NCBI RefSeq assembly: GCF_009882935.1
Contig: NZ_WTVA01000015.1
Coordinates: 597,108-629,107, forward strand
Source: Sneathiella chungangensis
GTDB lineage: Bacteria > Pseudomonadota > Alphaproteobacteria > Sneathiellales > Sneathiellaceae
DNA: 32,000 nucleotides
Direction: 5' to 3'
Shown: piece by piece, positions 29,404 to 32,000 of the stretch
Layout of the letters: each line of letters starts with the position of its first letter
How positions within the stretch are numbered: the stretch's first letter is position 1
Notes under the pieces: model-generated
The model's input: the letters and a program-made list of their open reading frames with translations, nothing else
Database searches by the model: none
Told to the model about the DNA's origin: nothing
Position numbers and translations under genes: made by a program

Positions 29404-30804
29404 GTGAAGCCGTTAAATCCAATTTTGTTGTCCGGCAAGGAAGTCCTGCCTCTCATCGAGGGCGGGAAAGGGATTGCTGTGTCTTCGGGACAGAGCTCCG
29501 GCGCCTGGGCGGCCGCGGGCGGCGTCGCGACTTTTTCCGGCGTCAATGCCGACAGTTTTGATGATGACGGCAATATCATTCCGCAGGTCTATCATGGCCG
29601 GACACGCCGTGACCGCCATGAGGAATTGGTCGCCTATGGCATCCGCGGCGGCATAGCGCAGGCCCAGATTGCCCATGAGCTGGCGGGCGGCGACGGCCGG
29701 ATTCATATGAATGTGCTTTGGGAGATGGGCGGCGCGGAACGTATTCTGCATGGCGTTCTTGAAGGAACGAAAGGCCTCATTCACGGCATCACCTGCGGGG
29801 CGGGCATGCCCTACCGGATTGCGCAGATCGCCGCCGACTACAAGGTCCACTACTACCCGATCATCTCGTCGGCGCGCGCCTTTCGCGCGTTGTGGAAGCG
29901 GGCTTACTACAAATTCTCCGAATGGCTTGGCGGCGTCGTCTATGAGGACCCCTGGCTCGCGGGCGGTCATAACGGGCTCAGCAATGTCGAGGATCCGCTG
30001 AAGCCGGAAGATCCCTACCTCCGGGTTGCCGACCTGCGCAAGCTGATGAACGAGATCGGCCTTGACAAGGTGCCTATTATCATGGCCGGCGGCGTCTGGC
30101 ATATCGACGAATGGGAGCATTGGCTGGACAATCCGGAAATCGGGCCGATCGCATTTCAGTTTGGAACGCGTCCGCTGCTGACCAAGGAAAGCCCGATATC
30201 CGATGCCTGGAAGAAGAAGCTCGGCACCCTGAAGAAGGGCGATGTCTTCCTCAATAAATTCAGCCCGACAGGATTCTGGTCGTCGGCGGTGCGCAACGAG
30301 TTCCTGGACGAGTTGAAAGCCCGCTCCGAGCGTCAGGTCGCCTTTTCTCATGAAGCGGTTGGCGCCCACGACACCGCCTTTGGCATCGGCGCGCGCAAAC
30401 GCGAAGTGTTTCTGACGGCAGAAGACAAGGCACGCGCGGAAGCTTGGGTCGCCGAGGGCTATACCGAGGGGCTTAAAACCCCGGACTCAACCCTGATTTT
30501 TGTAACGCCGGAAAAGATGGCGGAAATCCGCAAGGACCAGATCGACTGCATGGGTTGTCTGTCCCAGTGCAAATTCTCCAACTGGGCGGAAGGCGAGAAA
30601 GGCAATACGGGCCGGAAAGCCGACCCCCGGAGCTTCTGCATTCAGAAGACGTTGCAGGATGTCATCCATTCAGAAGCGAATATCGAGAATAATTTGATGT
30701 TTGCCGGGCATGGCGCATACCGCTTTGCCAGCGACCCGTTTTATGCGAACGGTTTTATTCCAACGGTTAAACAGCTTGTTGAACGCATTATGACCGGAAA
30801 ATAG
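29404..30804 (+). CDS. Nitronate monooxygenase / NAD(P)H-dependent flavin oxidoreductase family protein (long form)
   Basis: 466 aa with LPLIEGGKGIAVSS, ITCGAGMP and IIMAGGVW segments. These resemble the FMN-binding TIM barrel of the 2-nitropropane dioxygenase family. The family call is from memory. GTG start. Confidence 0.6.
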   Translation: MKPLNPILLSGKEVLPLIEGGKGIAVSSGQSSGAWAAAGGVATFSGVNADSFDDDGNIIPQVYHGRTRRDRHEELVAYGIRGGIAQAQIAHELAGGDGRIHMNVLWEMGGAERILHGVLEGTKGLIHGITCGAGMPYRIAQIAADYKVHYYPIISSARAFRALWKRAYYKFSEWLGGVVYEDPWLAGGHNGLSNVEDPLKPEDPYLRVADLRKLMNEIGLDKVPIIMAGGVWHIDEWEHWLDNPEIGPIAFQFGTRPLLTKESPISDAWKKKLGTLKKGDVFLNKFSPTGFWSSAVRNEFLDELKARSERQVAFSHEAVGAHDTAFGIGARKREVFLTAEDKARAEAWVAEGYTEGLKTPDSTLIFVTPEKMAEIRKDQIDCMGCLSQCKFSNWAEGEKGNTGRKADPRSFCIQKTLQDVIHSEANIENNLMFAGHGAYRFASDPFYANGFIPTVKQLVERIMTGK

Positions 30805-30835
30805 ACGAAAAATCGGTGGAATCATTATTGCAGAT

Positions 30836-30864
30836 TTGAATTATTAAAATAAATACTATATATT
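30836..30864 (+). promoter_or_regulatory. Sigma70-type promoter candidate for irr
   Basis: TTGAAT (30836-30841), a 17-nt spacer, then TATATT (30859-30864). The stretch is very AT-rich, so a chance match is possible. Confidence 0.35.
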
Positions 30865-30913
30865 TGCGATAAGGCTTCTTATTGGAAGGGGCCGGATTAC
30901 AAGAGTGTGCCCG

Positions 30914-31333
30914 ATGACGCAGTCAGATTTTGTTGAATTGGAGAAGAAGCTGAGAGACGCCGAGTTGCGTCCGACCAAGCAGCGCCTGGCGTTGGCACAA
31001 CTGCTGTATTCTCAGGGCAATCGCCATATCACGGCGGAGCGTTTGCACAGCGAAGCCATGGAAGCCGGTGTCGCGATTTCACTGGCGACGATCTACAACA
31101 ACCTGCATCAATTTACCACCGCCGGCCTTCTTCGGGAAGTTGTGGTGGATTCCAGCCGCTCCTATTTCGATACGAATGTCGCGCCGCATCATCATTTCTT
31201 CCATGAAGAACAAGGCACACTTGAAGATATCGCGAAGAGCGATCTGACAGTCGCCAATATTCCGCCGCTGCCCGAAGGGACCGAAATCAGCAGCGTCGAT
31301 GTAATCGTCCGGGTCAATTCGCCGCGGCGCTAA
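30914..31333 (+). CDS. irr: Iron response regulator Irr (Fur family)
   Basis: LRPTKQRLALAQLL...ISLATIYNNLHQFTTAGLLREV..D..RSYFDTNVAPHHHFF closely parallels Bradyrhizobium and Rhizobium Irr, including the HHH motif. ATG 30914 is preferred over GTG 30905. Confidence 0.85.
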   Translation: MTQSDFVELEKKLRDAELRPTKQRLALAQLLYSQGNRHITAERLHSEAMEAGVAISLATIYNNLHQFTTAGLLREVVVDSSRSYFDTNVAPHHHFFHEEQGTLEDIAKSDLTVANIPPLPEGTEISSVDVIVRVNSPRR

Positions 31334-31342
31334 TTTTTCTTC

Positions 31343-31359
31343 TTTAGAAGAATTCTAAT
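31343..31359. promoter_or_regulatory. Candidate Irr-binding iron control element (ICE)
   Basis: TTTAGAA-GAA-TTCTAAT matches the published ICE consensus TTTAGAA-N3-TTCTAAA at 13 of 14 specified positions. It sits 3 nt upstream of the -35 hexamer of the rubrerythrin promoter and 10 nt after the irr stop. Confidence 0.6.
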
Positions 31360-31362
31360 CTA

Positions 31363-31391
31363 TTGACAGCCCTTTTCCCTGGACCTATATT
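31363..31391 (+). promoter_or_regulatory. Sigma70-type promoter candidate for the rubrerythrin gene
   Basis: TTGACA (31363-31368), a 17-nt spacer, then TATATT (31386-31391). It lies about 64 nt upstream of the ATG. Confidence 0.55.
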
Positions 31392-31454
31392 GACTGGGTA
31401 AACCTGTTCATCCTCGAACAGACTCATTCCAATCTCTCATTCCAGGAGGACTTC

Positions 31455-31874
31455 ATGTCTCTAGCGGGAAGCAAAACCGAAAAAAATCTGAAAGATGCCT
31501 TTGCAGGTGAATCCCAGGCAAACCGCCGTTATCTCTATTTCGCGCAGAAAGCCGACGTTGAAGGGTACAATGATGTTGCAACGGTTTTTCGCTCGACTGC
31601 GGAAGGCGAGACCGGCCATGCGCACGGTCATCTGGAATATCTTGAAGCCGTCGGCGATCCGGCGACCGGCCTGCCGATAGGCGCAACCTCCGCCAACTTG
31701 AAAGCGGCCATTGCCGGCGAAACGCATGAGTATACGGATATGTATCCGGGAATGGCGAAAACCGCGCGCGAAGAAGGCCATGACGAAATCGCCGATTGGT
31801 TCGAAACTCTCGCCAAGGCAGAGAAAAGCCACGCCGGCCGTTTCCAGAAGGCTCTCGATAATCTCGACGATTAA
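31455..31874 (+). CDS. Rubrerythrin-family diiron protein without a rubredoxin domain (no Cys at all)
   Basis: [50 protein letters not shown] and AEKSHAGRF supply the E/ExxH ligand pattern of rubrerythrin four-helix bundles. A strong SD (AGGAGG) lies 5 nt upstream. Confidence 0.85.
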   Translation: MSLAGSKTEKNLKDAFAGESQANRRYLYFAQKADVEGYNDVATVFRSTAEGETGHAHGHLEYLEAVGDPATGLPIGATSANLKAAIAGETHEYTDMYPGMAKTAREEGHDEIADWFETLAKAEKSHAGRFQKALDNLDD

Positions 31875-31901
31875 TCCGCCGGATCACGATTTTCGTTTGA
31901 C

Positions 31902-31935
31902 GGGGTAGCGGATTACGTAATTCGCTACCCCTTTC
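31902..31935 (+). terminator. Terminator-like hairpin after the rubrerythrin gene
   Basis: GGGGTAGCG/CGCTACCCC (9 bp) is extendable through G.U and ATT/AAT around an ACGT loop. It is followed by TTTCC. Confidence 0.5.
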
Positions 31936-31962
31936 CAAATCACCTATATTCAGGGGAATATT

Positions 31963-32000
31963 ATGCGCGAAGGAAGCCTTGACGCGCCGACACGGCATAT
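31963..32000 (+). CDS. 5' end of an unidentified CDS (MREGSLDAPTRH...), truncated by the window edge
   Basis: The ATG is preceded by AGGGGA with a 5-nt spacer and sits right after the rubrerythrin terminator. Only 12 codons are visible, so no product can be supported. Confidence 0.3.
   Translation, partial: MREGSLDAPTRH

Noticed and set aside
30811-30835. Fur-box-like sequence GAATCATTATT upstream of irr.
   Set aside because: Only the 3' half resembles the 19-bp Fur box, at 9 of 11 positions. The 5' half matches 2 of 8. In such AT-rich DNA a half-site is not convincing evidence.
31453-31998. 181-aa minus-strand ORF covering the rubrerythrin gene and its terminator.
   Set aside because: The plus strand has a strong promoter, an AGGAGG SD, clear diiron motifs and a terminator. 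The minus-strand translation is Arg-rich low-complexity sequence with no motifs, and it would read through the terminator hairpin.
1-32000. I looked for tRNA, rRNA or tmRNA genes, CRISPR repeats, IS elements or terminal inverted repeats, integrases, toxin-antitoxin pairs and defence genes.
   Set aside because: None was seen by eye. There are no regularly spaced direct repeats and no transposase-like, integrase-like or nuclease/helicase accessory ORFs. Every ORF above about 130 aa that is not a shadow ORF is accounted for by a recognisable protein. tRNAscan, Infernal and an IS search would be needed to confirm the absence.

Overview
This window looks like a conserved core-genome segment of an alphaproteobacterium. 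That assignment is an inference from a MucR/Ros regulator, an Irr regulator with a matching iron-control element, a Cys-less Fur/Mur-type regulator, and the gene order tsaB-rimI-mucR-fur-plsC-miaB-phoH-ybeY-corC-lnt-HTH-metK-trmB-rimP-nusA-ylxR-infB-rbfA-truB-rpsO-pnp. I can support 34 protein-coding genes, 31 on + and 3 on -, with one truncated at each window edge. The left part holds trpS (5'-truncated), a DUF2333-like membrane protein, a universal stress protein and a glucosaminidase-domain protein. A small enzyme cluster follows: SDR, Ldh2-family dehydrogenase, HpcH-type aldolase, secreted polysaccharide deacetylase and D-Ala-D-Ala dipeptidase. The right end holds a nitronate-monooxygenase-like flavoprotein, irr, a Cys-free rubrerythrin-like diiron protein and the first 12 codons of another gene. 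I saw no rRNA, tRNA, CRISPR array, transposase/integrase, large repeat or defence-type gene. I found no convincing evidence for a novel multi-gene system here. The leads worth a second look are small-scale and mostly regulatory: (1) a near-consensus Irr ICE abutting a strong promoter for the rubrerythrin gene, right after irr; (2) a MucR homologue with an incomplete zinc-ligand set; (3) the metK start site and its structured leader; (4) a 320-nt AT-rich non-coding gap; (5) several inverted or direct repeats in leaders; (6) an 820-codon antisense ORF across rpsO-leader-pnp, which I interpret as a codon-aligned shadow ORF. All product calls rest on my recognition of motifs in the translated ORFs. 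No database search was run.
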